A stretch of DNA of 64,000 nucleotides from Octopus sinensis (lineage: Eukaryota): assembly GCF_006345805.1 (NCBI RefSeq), contig NC_042999.1:141732001-141796000 (forward strand). The letters are read 5' to 3'. The translations under genes and the position numbers were made by a program. Under the pieces are notes generated by a model. The model made no database searches and was not told the DNA's origin. It saw only the letters and a list, made by a program, of their open reading frames with translations. Positions 40,189 to 54,122 of the stretch are shown here, piece by piece; within the stretch, counting starts at the first letter, position 1; each line of letters begins with the position of its first letter.

Positions 40189-40890
40189 TTTAATTGTTCC
40201 TGAATCATCACAAATCCATTTTTATCATGAGTATTCTTCAGAACCATCTTTGATAATTTTTTTTTATTTTGTAAACTTTCTTGCTAACAAGTTTAACATT
40301 TCAGTGACCCACATTTCATTTGATTTAGTTTGAAGTAAAGTTATGAAGTTTCAGTAAGACAGGTGTCTTTGGCTGGTGAAAATGTTGAAGAGTTGGATGC
40401 ATATCATCATAATCATTATCAGATTCAAACATCCTTTCCTTGTTAATAAGCAAGGGATATTTTTTCTCTCTCTTGCTCTCACTTCTCCAAAAACATTCCT
40501 TATAGGCTAAATTATACCAAGAAGTTGCAATTTTAAGAATAAATGGCATAGGTTGAGTTGGACAGTTTGACAGGATGCAACATGTCTGAGGACTGCATCA
40601 TTCTCTAATGTCTGCTTTGGCATGTCAGAAAAGGTAATGTTCTTTTCTGAATTATTTTCTTCCCACGCAAGAATTACAAGTTTCCGTATTCAAATCAATA
40701 AAATAACTACGTGGAATAGATATTAAAGTTGATTTAATCAACGGTACCACACACACATACACTCTCTAGCAAAATTTGGTCCTGTGTCAAGTCAGAAGAA
40801 ATCAATATTTCTAGATGGCAGTGCATTGTTAAATTGTAGTTTATTAAATTATCTCTTGGATTCTAATATTTCTTTTTTTTCTCTTTACAG

Positions 40891-40939
40891 CGGGTGGTGT
40901 TGGAAAGAGTGCCTTGACCATACAACTCATACAAAACCA
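40891..40939 (+). CDS. ras: Ras (H/K/N-Ras orthologue) coding exon, residues A11-H27 (P-loop/G1)
   Basis: Polypyrimidine tract + tacag| acceptor; (G)CG GGT GGT GTT GGA AAG AGT GCC TTG ACC ATA CAA CTC ATA CAA AAC CA = (A)GGVGKSALTIQLIQN(H); |gtaagt donor; 49 nt, phase 1 to phase 2. Confidence 0.97.
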
Positions 40940-43900
40940 GTAAGTACTGTTGGTTTAAAAATTTTGTGTAAAACATTTCTTTTGAAATTCAATTTAATAT
41001 TATTTTAGCACTTTCTTACTGCCTCTTCAGTGCACTACAACTTTACCTTGAAACATCTTTGTAGGATGGTCTCACTGATATTGTGAGCATGCTTCCTAAA
41101 GTAATTTTGTACAATGCATCTGTATTCCTTTGTGGATTTTTATTTCATTTTGTGGTGCCTTTAAACAAATGCAGAGTTAGAGCCCCATCCCAACTAAAGC
41201 CCAAGAGACTACATATATTCTGTTTTATATCAACATTGTGTTATGCCTTCTCGAAGAACAATATTTCACACACACTCACACACTGGGTGTGTGTACTCAG
41301 AATGTGCTAGAAATGCACAGAATATCAACTAAAGTCATAAAATAATATGATTATGAATGCTTATATTTTGTGTGCTACCAACTGAACTAATGTTACTTAC
41401 TTTAAGTTGGATTATCAGAAACCTATACTAGCTACACACAAATGTAGCTTCATACTGTGAAAGACTGGCAAAAAAGTAATGTGAAAAGTAAGGATGGCAG
41501 ATAATCCTAGCACACTGCTATTTGAAGTCAGCAGCACCTACTTAGCCCCCAGCTTGAGCATATTCCTTGGACACTATTTCATATTATGGGGGTTATTTTT
41601 TGTTTTTCTTTTAACTGACTAACTTTCTGTTTTAAAAATGTGATCTATTTCATATAACTGTGTTCAATTTGTTCATTTTAAATAGATTTATGGGATAAAG
41701 GTTATTTTATTGGTTGGTGCTCAACACTGGCCAACTGATTGTGCAGATCTGTGATGTTCAAGCAGTCAGTTGAACAACTAGATGTGATTCACAGATTCAA
41801 CATTCTATACATATCGCCACCTGGTTCAGGACCACCCTATGTATAACATGTAATGATTTTATTAGCACAGCAGAGCACTTATATCTTTGGTATGTTTGGC
41901 TGGACTAGATTAGATGGGAGAGGTGGTAATGTAGCAGTGTTCTGAGCATTTTAAGAGAGTTAACAATGTAGGTGAAGAGAATCTTAGAGTTGTAACTTAT
42001 TGCAGCAATGAGTGTTTCTACGTCCAGTCTCTTTCATTTTGCTTGCAGCTTGTAGTGCTGCAAAAACCCTGTTTTATGTTCTTCGTAATTGGTTTTGTGG
42101 GCAGTTATAAACTCCGATGGGATTGACATAAATTTTTAATGGATTGACAGTGCGGAAGAATAGAAGACAGAGAACAATTTTATCATTGGTTCTTCCAGTG
42201 CATGCTATGACAAAGCAGTTACAATTTATTGTACACTGTGATTTACATTAGGAAGGGCATCCAGTTGTAGAAACCACGCTAAAGCTGACAGTAGAGCTTG
42301 GCGCAATCCTCTGGTTTGCCAGCTCCTGACAAACAATCCAGCCCATGTCAGCATGGAAAATAGACAGTAAGGATTTGTGTACAGACATCATTGTACATCT
42401 CATGAAAACAGTCTCAGAAAAATGACACTCTTCTAGTCATAAATTATACAAAGCTCATTCTATCACATTCCCTTTAAATGCAAGGTCCATATTCTTAGCT
42501 ATGACTGCAGTGGGTAGGCTTATACTTCAGAGGCAGGAACATTTTCAACTTTGGAACCTCTTTACAAAGCACAAAATTTGTTCTAGAATGCTGTTCTCAT
42601 CTGAGGAATTGTGCACTTACAGGTGTGTCAGTGTGCGCACATACATGCATTAGTGTGTATGCACATGTGTACTCACCATGTAGAGATGAACAGGGTCCAC
42701 ATGATGAGACTTCAAATCTTGAAGAAGCTCATGCAATAACTCACATTAGTTTATACATGTATGCATATATATGATAGTTATACATGCACATATATTCATT
42801 CGCACATGTTATTCACACACTTTTGACTGCTTCCAAGAAAATAACAGGCAGAGAGTCTTCAATTACCATTGTTTTTCAAACACTCTCCTTCACCTAGCAC
42901 TTTCATTGTCACAACTCTCATATGCAAAAACTATATCTCTGTAGTGGACTTTTCCAGCCACGTTTCTCCTCATCCTTTTTTAATACCAATTTAAGCTTGA
43001 ACATCAAATAGAGCTGCCTTACCCAATTATCTATATATATTCTTCACAGTTTAAGTTTAAAGTTACTATATGTACCATCTCTTACCTTCAGACTGCCAAA
43101 TGTGAAAGACAAACTTTAAATTCCAATCCAATTATACAAGCTTTTTTGTTGCCTGCAGCCCAAGTAGAATGGAAGTTTCAAACATGTCATTATCTCTTTG
43201 CTTGCTTTGTTTCTGTTGTAATTTTCATTGACAAATATGATTCTTTGTAATTTCAAGAAGAGAAATGGGGGCTAAATTAGAAAATGTTAGTTAAATGCAG
43301 TAAACCAAAACAGAAATGTTTTTCTTTTTATTAGCTTTACTCGTTGAAATGAAATCTATAGCCAAATCAATTTAATTAAAATACCAGAAGATATTTGTGT
43401 TCTACAGCATAAAACAAACAAGAGAATATCATTTGTTACTGCCATTACTACTACTAGTGTTTGAATACAATAATTTGCAGTGCTCCATGAGATAAACAGG
43501 AAATGAAAGTCTAATTAATTTGGCTCCATTTTTATCTATTAGAATCTTTGTTAGCTTAGACAACCTCAAAGACAAATCTCAGTAAAGATTGCCTTTTATT
43601 CTGCCATTCAGCACTTGCAATAGTAATAAGCTGCCTATAGCTGTAACTGATTAGTTGTCATCTGTAATACTCTCCGCTTCTTGCCTTTTTCCGTTACAGT
43701 TTTATCATTTTGAATTATAGGATTTTAGTGGTCTATAAATTTACAATTATCATGTCAAAGCAATGTTATTTTTTTTTCTCTTTCCTGTGCTATCTCTTTT
43801 CTGCACATTATTATTATTGGCAGAAGGTTGTGTAAAATCAGTAGAATACCTGATGAAGTGCCTTGCAGTATTTAGTTAAGTCTCTACATTCTGAAACGTA

Positions 43901-46695
43901 TACTTTGCCTTTCATACTTCTGGGACCAATAAAATAGACCTCTGGCAAGTATGAAGACTATTTAATCATCTATACTCTACAGCAATATTTGTAACCTTGT
44001 GATAATGTTATAAAACCTTATTAGAATGGTAGGGATATCTGAGTGTCAGGTTATATGTGTCACTTTTTTATTTCTTTTTTGAGACTGTCTTTTTTCTAGA
44101 ACCATTAAGTATGTTCCATTGACCATACTTCTTTCCTCTGAAAAACTTCTTACCTAAATATTGTTTTAACTTGGAGCAGAGTATGAAATGGCATGAACGT
44201 AGTTTCTGTACATATCCCTGCTTGCAATCATTGCTGTGAGTTCTGCTCATGATTAAAAATGAACCCATTTTATAACCTACTCTCTCCATCTACCATTGGA
44301 TATCCTTGATTTTGCTTTCTAGGTATTACACACACACACACACACACTAAACTGATTTTAGAAAAACCAAGCTGAATGTTTGATGTGGCCTAACAGTTTG
44401 AGGGTGTTACTTTTAACTTCATTAAACTTCATTAAAAATTGGTTATAGTTGTATCATTTATCATAGATTTAGTACTTTTTTAACATTGTCAGTTAGATAT
44501 TTGCAAGTCATGAATTTCAGTATGATTTTAAAATACTTCAGTTTTTGTAAACCAAGTGACGTAATTATATCTATACACAGGTACAGGACAATGTAATTGT
44601 TAAATACCTTAAACTTGAACTTATTGACATTTCATATGATTTCTAAAGGCACACACTCATCCCACTTTCAAAAACTTTTCTCATACTAATACATTTTTGC
44701 GGTTAACAGCAATTTCACTATTGCTTGAAGCTATTGATAGTTTATGACCTAGGTAGACAAGGTATATGCCTTGCTTGGAGTGTATAATTATGCATAGCTG
44801 TAGTTTGTCTTATCTGTAGTCATGTTCTCAGTCTTATCAAGATTAATTTAGAAACCCACTTCTTTCGCATTTGAAGCTAAATGATTAACATAATCTTGAA
44901 GACTAGCAATGTCATTATCAATGACAGCAGTATCATCTGCATAACTTTAGAGATTATTTGACCCCCATAGAGAATCCAGCACTGCTTTTTTCCAGTTTTT
45001 AAGATAACTGCAGCAAGCACTTTAAGAAAAGAAAACCCACAAAATGTCTTCTTGCGTAACACTTTTCATTACATACATAAATCTTTTTGTGCTAACATGA
45101 GTCTAAGTTATGGGAATGTAAACACCAACATCAGTTGTCAAGTGATGGTGGGAGCACAAACATGGACACAGACATAAATATATACATCTACGTGTGTGTG
45201 TGCGTGCGCACACACTCACACACACACACAATGGGCTTCTTTCAGTTTCTGTCTACCAAATCCACTGACCTGAGGCTATTGTAGAAGACACTTGCCCAAG
45301 GTGCCACACAGTGGGACTGAACCTAGAACCATGTGGTTGGGAAGCAAGCTTCTTGCTACACAACCATGCCTGTGCCTATAGAGGAAGATATGTATATTAA
45401 ATTTTTTTTTTCCCTCACTTGTTCACTCATGCTCATGCAGAGTGGTTTGGGGAAGCTGGTGTCAAAGTGGAACAGTTATTAAATGCCTAGCTAACATCCC
45501 TCATTTATTAATACCTATTGCCTTATGAGTACATCAGTCACAAAAATAAAAATATTCACCGCTATTATCTGTAAATTTCAATGTGCCTCTGTCAGTATGC
45601 ACCCATCCAAACAGTCAAAAACCCTAAATTGGTATATCTGCTCAGGACACTACATCAACAAAATGAAAATTATTGATTTAATGTTAAATTTCTGTTTCTA
45701 TCTCTTATAACAAGTTCTTGTTATAATTCAATCAATGTAATTACAAGTGCATATTGCATAGCATTATCAGGCAGGATGGACAAAACTTTACTTTTAAAGT
45801 GTGTGCAAAGCTGCACTGTGCAATATGCACCAGTAGTTAGTTACTGAATTGCAACAAGTCATAAGTGGTGGAAACAAATTGAACATTAAATCAATAAGTA
45901 TTTTTTTTACATTTTATTTCTAAATATCAGCCCATGGCTTCATCAGAAAAAAGAAAAAGCAAGATTTCTGAAGAAATGAGAAGAAAATTGGACATATGAT
46001 TACTTTTTGTTAGAAAGAAAGAAAAGAAAAAAAAACAGACCAATGTGTTTATATTATGAATCCATCTCTGCTTTTAAAGAATTTAATGTGAAGTGGCATT
46101 AACATTCAAAACATTTGGAGTATAATGAATTCAAAGGAGCTATACGAAAGCCAAAAATTGAAGTTCTCAAGAAACAGCAATTCAAATACACTTTTTTTCT
46201 AAAGTGTAGACAGAACTCAAAGAAATTGTACATGCAAGCTGTGTTGTTAGTGAAAAGTTGCTGAACATTCAAATAATTATGCTGAATTTATAAAAGAATG
46301 TCTTTTGGCAGTGACTGAACTTTTACGCTCAGCATTAAAGTTAAGTATATTTGACAAGATTAGCTTGTCTTACAGGACAGTAACAAAACAAACTGAAGAA
46401 ATTGCAGCAGATACACTGTCAGAAAAAAAAAAGGAAAAACATAAGAGAATTTGATTCTTTTTCACTGGCTATCGACAAAAGCACAGATGTATTTGATTCA
46501 GCTTAATTGATAATTTTCAAATGTGATATTGATAAATCATTCAATATGGCCAAAGAATTATTTACTGTTCACACAACAAAATGTAAGATATAACATTTAT
46601 AAAGAAGTGAAGAAAGCAACAATGATGTCGAATTTTGCACTTGAAAAGCCCATCAGTGTTGCAGCAGATGGGATCCCAGCAGTGGTTAGGATTAA

Positions 46696-46913
46696 CCCTT
46701 TAGTATATAAACTGGCCATATCTGGCCCAAATATTCTATGTTTTATATTCAAACTGGTGATATCTAGCCTCTCACACCTAATCCACATTGACATTCTAAA
46801 AATAAACAATCACATCATTGAAGCCTCAAAGCTATAAGATAATGCATGATTAATTCAAAACAATTTGAGCAAAAAAATATTTCATTTAACAGAGTAATCT
46901 GAACACTAAAGGG
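46696..46913. mobile_element. piggyBac-like MITE inserted in the hAT remnant
   Basis: TTAA|ccctttagt ... actaaaggg|TTAA: perfect 9-bp TIR and TTAA TSD. Confidence 0.85.
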
Positions 46914-47716
46914 TTAAAGATAGGTTTTCTATCCAAATTAACTTTTTGAATTTAGTAAACAGTAACTTTGCAATGATTCGTTGCATAATTTAAGAAAATT
47001 TATATGCAAAGTCTGTAAAATTTGAAAACGTTAAGAAATGCAGTTGTTTCAACCAGAAATTTTATAAAACCATGAGCACTTAACCATTACCAGTTTAAAG
47101 AGTTCTTATTACTTTAATTGGAGCATGACAATCTGGTTTACTACTGTGCAGCTAACTGGTTATGTAAAGGCAGCTACTTCAATGGTTTTATAACCACAGA
47201 AAAGAGATGTATGCTTTTTTAGAAATGAAGTATAAATTTGTTCCCAAGCTGAAGGATAACTACATGTGTGACCTTGCATTTTTCATGATCTCAGTTTTAA
47301 ACTGCAAAAGCAAACTCAGTTGATTCATGAGATGTATTCTCATGTCAATGCTTTTGAAACAAAATTTCATATTTGGAGAATTAACTGAAGACTGGTGACT
47401 CTTTCTATTTCCCCATATTATCCAATCACGGGGAATTTGGATACAAAGATTTTGTTGTGGTATTTATTAAATTGATAAAAAATAACTTCAAAGCTAGAAA
47501 GGGTGATTTCTAACCTTTTTCAAAACCCCTTTAATGCTGATATTGCAAAAGTGGCACAAAAGGGACCTCAAATGAAAATAAACTCCAAAGCGATGAATTT
47601 CTGAAGCAAAAAGACAAATGATTATTGTAGTTTTATGGAACTCTTTCTGAAGAAAACTATCTCAAAATAGTGTGCTTCACAAGAAGATATGCCTCCATGT
47701 ATGGTATATGTGAACT

Positions 47717-47747
<31 letters not shown>

Positions 47748-47938
47748 TATATATAAAGTTAATCCAAACAAGAAAGCACAAAAAAAACACAACAACGCAA
47801 GGATGTGGAACAAATATAGTATTATTGGACGCTCAGGAAAGAAAGAGGGTTTAACATTTCGAGCAGAGCTCTTCGTCGGAAACATAGGAGAAGGGAAGAC
47901 AGAGGAAAAAAATCACTAACAGTACACACGCGGTCACA

Positions 47939-47985
<47 letters not shown>

Positions 47986-48181
47986 TGGCGTTAGGAAGGG
48001 CATCCAGCCGTAGAAACACTGCCAGATTTGACTGGGCCTGATGAAGCCTTCTGGCTTCACAGACCCCAGTAGAACCGTCCAACCCATGCCAGCATGGAAA
48101 ACGGACGCTAAATGATGATGATGATGATATAAATGTGACCGTGTGTGTACTGTTAGCGATTTTTTTATATATATATATATA
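47717..48181. mobile_element. Composite insertion: (TA)n / Penelope-like terminal repeat with hammerhead-like motif / (TA)n / RTE tail / inverted terminal piece / (TA)n
   Basis: Minus strand at 47849-47883 reads gttt CCGACGA a gagc tct gctc GAAA t GTT aaac; RTE tail at 47982-48127; 36-bp inverted repeat at about 47906-47941 versus 48131-48166. Confidence 0.6.
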
Positions 48182-49297
48182 AATGATCAAAAACTAGATC
48201 CAGCTTGAGAAGTATTCATACTGAAGATAATTTCATAAGTTGCAACATTCCAGAGAAAAATTGTAGTAAAGAAAAAGAGAGAAATGAAGAAGTACAATAC
48301 TAAGTTTCTCACTAAAATTTGTGGTTAAAATATTTCTATTTTTGTTGATAACTGAATAATAAATGTCATGTTTCCTGTTTAGGCAGTATTTTAATCATTG
48401 TATGTGATTTAGTCGGGCTAGTTTCCTTGCTATGTTACTCAAATTTTTGCACAGCATTTCAGTTGTTATGCTCCACCTAACTTGTCAGGTCATGTTAATT
48501 TGTTTTTGTTCTTCTTTTTTTTATAGCTTTAAACAGGTTACCATTATTTCCCCCAACCTCACATCAGATCTTGAAACAGTTCATTTGAACCACATACATA
48601 ACAAAGATTACTCTCTTTTACTTGTTTTGGGGCCATACTGGAGCACCACCTTTAGTCAAGCAAATCGATCCCAGAGCTTATTCTGTGTAAGCCTAGTAGT
48701 TATTCTATCGGTCTCTATTGCTGAACCGCTAAGTTATGGAGATGTAAACACTCCAGCATCAGTTGTCAAGCGATGCTTGGGGGGGTGGGACAAACACGGA
48801 CACACAGAAATATACACACATATATATATACATATACGATGGGCTTCTTCCAGTTTCCGTCTACCAAATCCACTCACAAGGCTTTGGTTGGCAAGCAAGC
48901 TACTTACCACACAACCACTCCTGCACCTCCAAAGTCCCTTGGTTTAGAAATGGAAAATATTTTTTTGTTTTTTTTTTCTTGAAGAAGAGATAAAATTGTT
49001 TATAGTCAAATGAATAAATCAAAAACAAATCTTGCATATTTTTACATTAATGTTATCTTTCAATTTAAAAGTGACCAATGAAATTAATGATCAGATTGTC
49101 AAATGTGCACCTATTATTTTAAAAAAATAGTTTCAGAAAAATTTTGATCCACAGATTACGAAAATCGTCAATTATTTCTTCAATACATGGATCATATAGA
49201 TATTCATACTTATTGCTCTAATTTTTCAAGTACTTATTTTTTTCTTTTAATTATTCTGTGATGTATCGCAGCAGCAGTGTGTGTTAATCACACTGTC

Positions 49298-50316
49298 TCT
49301 TTTTGTGTCATTGTCTGGCTGCATGTGGTAAAAGTCTATATAGTGACTTGTTTGGTATATGGTCAGCATAAGAGATGTTTAAGGCCTTATGCAGAAGTCA
49401 AGTATATATATATACCATCAAATGATTGTTGTTGGGCCACTGTAAGAGACTAGTATTCAGAGCTGTGGCACAGAACAAATTAAATGTAGTATGAAATAGG
49501 CATAGTTTCAAGTCATATGGCAGTTGTGATGCTTTCCAAATTTTTCCACACCTATTCAAATGCTGAGTGTTGTCGTATTACAAATGTTAACATCTGTGCT
49601 AGTAGAGTAAATATAAGAAATCAGCAAGTGACTCAATGGGCCCTGATGGAAGTGTAAGATCAAACACGCCAGCATTTTTCACCAATGATTTTGGGCTTTC
49701 CAGTTGGTTGACTCCAGATTTGTGAGGAGAGTTTGCACTTGTCTCATATATGATCGCAATTGTTCATTGTCATCTGTGAAGTTAAGGTCAATGAGATACA
49801 ATGCCTGATGACCTGAACCTTGACAGCGATGGAGAGTTATACCTTGTTCAGATACCATAGCATGCTGTTATACATAGTCCAGAATTATTTAATGCAAAGG
49901 AAAGGATCTATGGTGTCTCCATCAGGGGTGCACATAAAACTTTTGCAGTCTGCATATACTTCATTTGGTATGTCATAGGCGAAAAGAATCTGAAACATTC
50001 ATTCTTGGTGGAAAGTCAAAAGCTTTGAAATCCATGAAGATGAAGCACTATATGGATCTTTACAGCCCATTAGCCACACAACCAAGCAAAGACAACTAAA
50101 ATTTGCAGGCCACTGTTTCTGTCAAACAGATCAACCTGTCATTGTGCTTTTTTTCTCTAACCTTGTGAGAACATTCAAGCCTGGTAGTCAGAACATAGAA
50201 CCATACACTATCCTACAGTTGGCACATGCAGTGTCATCTCATACAGCCTGGAAGTAAGTTTGCTCTCGAGTTGGAGCCAACCTCCATAAGTGATATGGTG
50301 TAGACTAAAGAAGAAG
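49298..50316. mobile_element. RTE-like LINE insertion with inverted 5' part, (aag)n tail and 12-bp TSD
   Basis: Minus strand about 49298-50030 has YLIDLNFTDD and ALNISYADH; plus strand about 50035-50316 has EALYGSLQPISHTTKQRQLKFAGHC; TSD aatcacactgtc at 49286-49297 and 50317-50328. Confidence 0.75.
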
Positions 50317-51849
50317 AATCACACTGTCATCAGTAATATTATACCAAGACTTCAATTACTTAATTATAGAAAAAAAAAATTTGTCTCCAAAAAAAAAAAA
50401 GAGGAAAGCAACTTTCTCCACTTGTAAAGCAGATGCTTGTGCAAATGATTTTCTTTAATGAAAATGGCTTCAACAAAAAATTACCTTAAATTTTTTAATA
50501 GTGTGGCTTGCCTTAAGATGAACTATATCTCATGTGGTCCACTGCTTGTAAAAGGTTGCCCTTTTACAAGTTCTGTCTTTAGCTCAAAGTAATTATTTAT
50601 TATTGGTAAAAATAGCATGCACTGTAGTATGGTTGTGATTCTTATGGAAGACAAACCTACTTAGTCCAGTTTAGATTTAACCTATGACATCCTAAGTTTT
50701 CATTGGCCTACTTCTGCCATGGGTACTTTCCATATGTAATTCACACCAATATGTTACTTATAATAATACATCATCCATTCTGTTACTTATTCCAGCTTAG
50801 CCATCTCTCCTGCATACATCAACCAATGAGTCTTCCTGAACCACTTTCTGAATTTACATTTGAAAATTTAGGGAAAAGTGTTGAAAGAAGAAAAACGAGT
50901 TTTCACTTTCTTACACTATAATCTTGATATTTTTCTAGAAGAAAATGATAGTTTGTTGAAGCAGTAGTATATTAGTTGGATTCAAAAAATTATGTAACAA
51001 CTAACTTAAGTAAATTCAAATCTTTTTGCAGATTTGAAAGTTTGTTATCTGACTTCATTATAATTCCTTATATATGTGGTTAGAGACAGCTGAAGTCTTA
51101 CAATTTATTGTAGTTAATATATTTCTATAGACACTATTTCACTTTATTATTTTCTTGTTTTGGATGTGAATTTATTATTATACTTATGTGCAGGCAATTC
51201 TATGAACTATCATTTTAAATTAATATCATCACATTGCTATTATGAGAGTTTTGATATATGTAACACAGCTATATCTGTTCAAATTATCGTTTCAGTTGTT
51301 TTAATATGTAATATATAACACACACATTATGATTTATATCACTTAGGAGTGCCACTTCTGAAATGCAGGGCATAATTATGTGGTCATACTTACTATAGAG
51401 TACTCTCTATATATTACAATATTATCCAACCCATGCCAGCATGGAAAAACAGATGTTAAATGATGATGATTTCTTTTATACAATTTAAATGATTTTAAAA
51501 ACAAAATAAATTATCGCTTTAGTTTTAAGTATTAAAGATTCTAACAAGCTACTTTTTGAAACTTATATAAAATCCAGAAGTATTTTCTTATTCAGGGATT
51601 CATTATTTTGTATTTTTATATAAATTCTAGTCACTGTGAATGGGATGAAATTTCTTTTTATAGTAGTCACTTTTATTTACATGTTTTCCATAGGGGTTTT
51701 TTACTTGGCCAGGAACTTTTATCTATAGCTGGACACTCTTTTGAGAGTATTACCTATAATTTAATTTGCATATAGGTAGAGCAGCATTCTTATAGCAACT
51801 AACTAATGTAGTTACTTGTTAAATAAATCCAAACTTGTTTGTAACTTTT

Positions 51850-53600
51850 AAGCTTGTTGTGATTGATTAATTTTGTTATATATCCTTGGCACTCTGCTTT
51901 GATTGAGTTGACTTGCAAAAGGTTTCTTTCATTTTTCCAACTGAAGTCAACATTAAAGAACTTCTATACAAACATTGTTGCATAGAATAAAAGATATAAG
52001 CACACACTTCCCTCAGATTTGTAAAAGAGGGCTGAGATTTTCTGAATAGTATCTTCATTGTGGCTATCTACCAACTCAGGATTGTTGATAATTGACTCTA
52101 CCCTCACATATTCTTCACATAATTCATCTGTCAATACCTTGGATACTTCAAGCATTGACTGCTTCACTCATTTGGCTAAGTTATGCAGATTTGTTATAAA
52201 AGCTGTCACTTTATGGATTTTTTCATAAAAACCACTAAGGTCTGGTTCCCATTTCTTAAATACATTTGAGATTATTATAAACTGTCTGAGCTTAATGTCT
52301 ACAGGATAAAAAGACATGAGCAATCTTTCACTCGTTTTGCTTTTCAGTTCAGTTATTAGCTTAAAAAAACTGAAATTGTGTTAGGATTTGTATCAATAAT
52401 GTCTAAGAACCGTGGATCTGACAATCCACATGCAACCAAAATTATTTCCATGGTGCCGTAAGGTACTTTTCTCACCTTGATTCTGAAAGCAATTTTTTAG
52501 GACTTCCTAGCTCTTAAGTATTTTGTCAATAAAAAACAAAAGAGATAGCCTCCTAATCACGAAAATGTACAACAAATTATAATTAACATCCATGAGCTCA
52601 TAAAATTCCTTTAACTGCAACTTTTTTAGCTGAGATGCTTGTACACTTTACGCTCACCATTATCAACATCAAATTCCAGTTTTCCTGCACCATTGCATTG
52701 TGATAGTGTGAAGTAGACCATTTGCAGGAATATTGTTCTTTTGAGCTATTTTCAGTTTTTGATAAGTACTGTCATGTTTTCTATGATTTATACATGCATT
52801 GTCAGCAATGTATACTGATGCTTTATTCAGGTCCAGACTTGACATCTGTGGTTAAGTTAACAGCTGATTTGTTATTTTCTCTGATGATTCATTGTAAAAG
52901 TCAAGTAACACATGTTGCACTAACTTCTCAAAATGAAAGAATCTCAGGAAAGTATTGGAACAAACTTTGTTGCAGTTTTGTTTGAACCATTAAGTTGCTA
53001 CTGAAAAGGGCAAACTATATTCTTTGATATATTCCATGTGCTTTTGTACAGAATAGTGCTAGAATATTTCAACAATAAGCTTTTACTTCAGTTTTTACAC
53101 ACATGCTTTTCACTACCTATGAGTCACAGTATATTCCTTTGTCAACTTTTACTCCATAATCAATACTTTTGTATGACTGATGATGCTTCACAGCATCATA
53201 CACTCTGCACAGTACTGCAGCCAAGATTTTATTATCTTGAGTTGTTTGAGCTAGGGAGAAAATTTATAAACTACTAGCAAGACAAGTGTTAACTTTGTTT
53301 ATCTTTGGTAGCCTATCATTCAGCTACATTTTTTTCTCCACTACCAATTTTGTACATCACAACAGCAGGGTGCAGAAAAAAAAACATGAAAGCTATCTTT
53401 TCTGCTTTTAGCATAAATGCAAATTCTTTGACTCATTTGTAGCTAACTGTAGTCTTTCTTTTTGGCATTTCTTTAGGGACTTGAAACAGGAGGAAAAAAT
53501 AAATTAATCAGTCTCTTCTGTAGCCTTAGGCAGAATAACCATCTGTATATATTAGCATTGTATCTTGTGCTCTATGAGCAAGATTTGAATAACTTTTTAT
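51850..53600 (-). mobile_element. Degenerate DNA transposase remnant, probably hAT superfamily
   Basis: Minus-strand fragments AVKHHQSYKSIDY, SAKKV/LKEFYELM and SWKNERNLLQVNSIKAE resemble hAT transposases; boundaries approximate. Confidence 0.55.
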
Positions 53601-54122
53601 AAATGTCCTCTAACATGCCATTATGTTATATAAAGCTATATTTTGATATTATACAAAAGTTGCAAAATTCTAATATTTGCATCTTTAAAGTTTTTATGAA
53701 TTTGGATAAGATTCTTGCTGTTTTAAATTCACATGAGGTAATTTATAAATCTTTTAGTCACATCCTAAAAAGGACAAACTAACATTCAATTTAGTTGTTA
53801 CCAGATAGATAGGACAGAGTATCTTTGTAAGTTATCTCTACATATATTCTTATCATTTCACTTATATGTAATAAAAATAACTTTATTTCCAGCTATATAT
53901 TCATATTATTTCAGTTAATTGTAAAATCAATATAATATTAAATAACTTGGGAATAAAAGAATCACTTCCAGTAGGATTTGAACTCAGAATGATGAAAAAG
54001 GCAACAAAATATTATAATGATCTAAGTGTACCATCATTTGTAGATATAATAATAGTAATAACAATAATTCTTTCCATTATAGGTACAAGTCCTGAAATTT
54101 TGTGGGGAAGGAACTAATCAAT

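Larger units (their letters stand above)
45934..48300 (+). mobile_element. Degenerate hAT transposase (Buster/Charlie/SPIN-like) with nested insertions
   Basis: MASSEKRK..WTYDYFF; EFIKECLL...ISLSYRTVT; FSLAIDKSTDVFDSA*LIIF; SVAADGIPAV; RCII*; ALNHYQFKEFL; YMCDLAF; LIHEMYSHVNAFETKF. Many stops and frameshifts. Confidence 0.85.
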
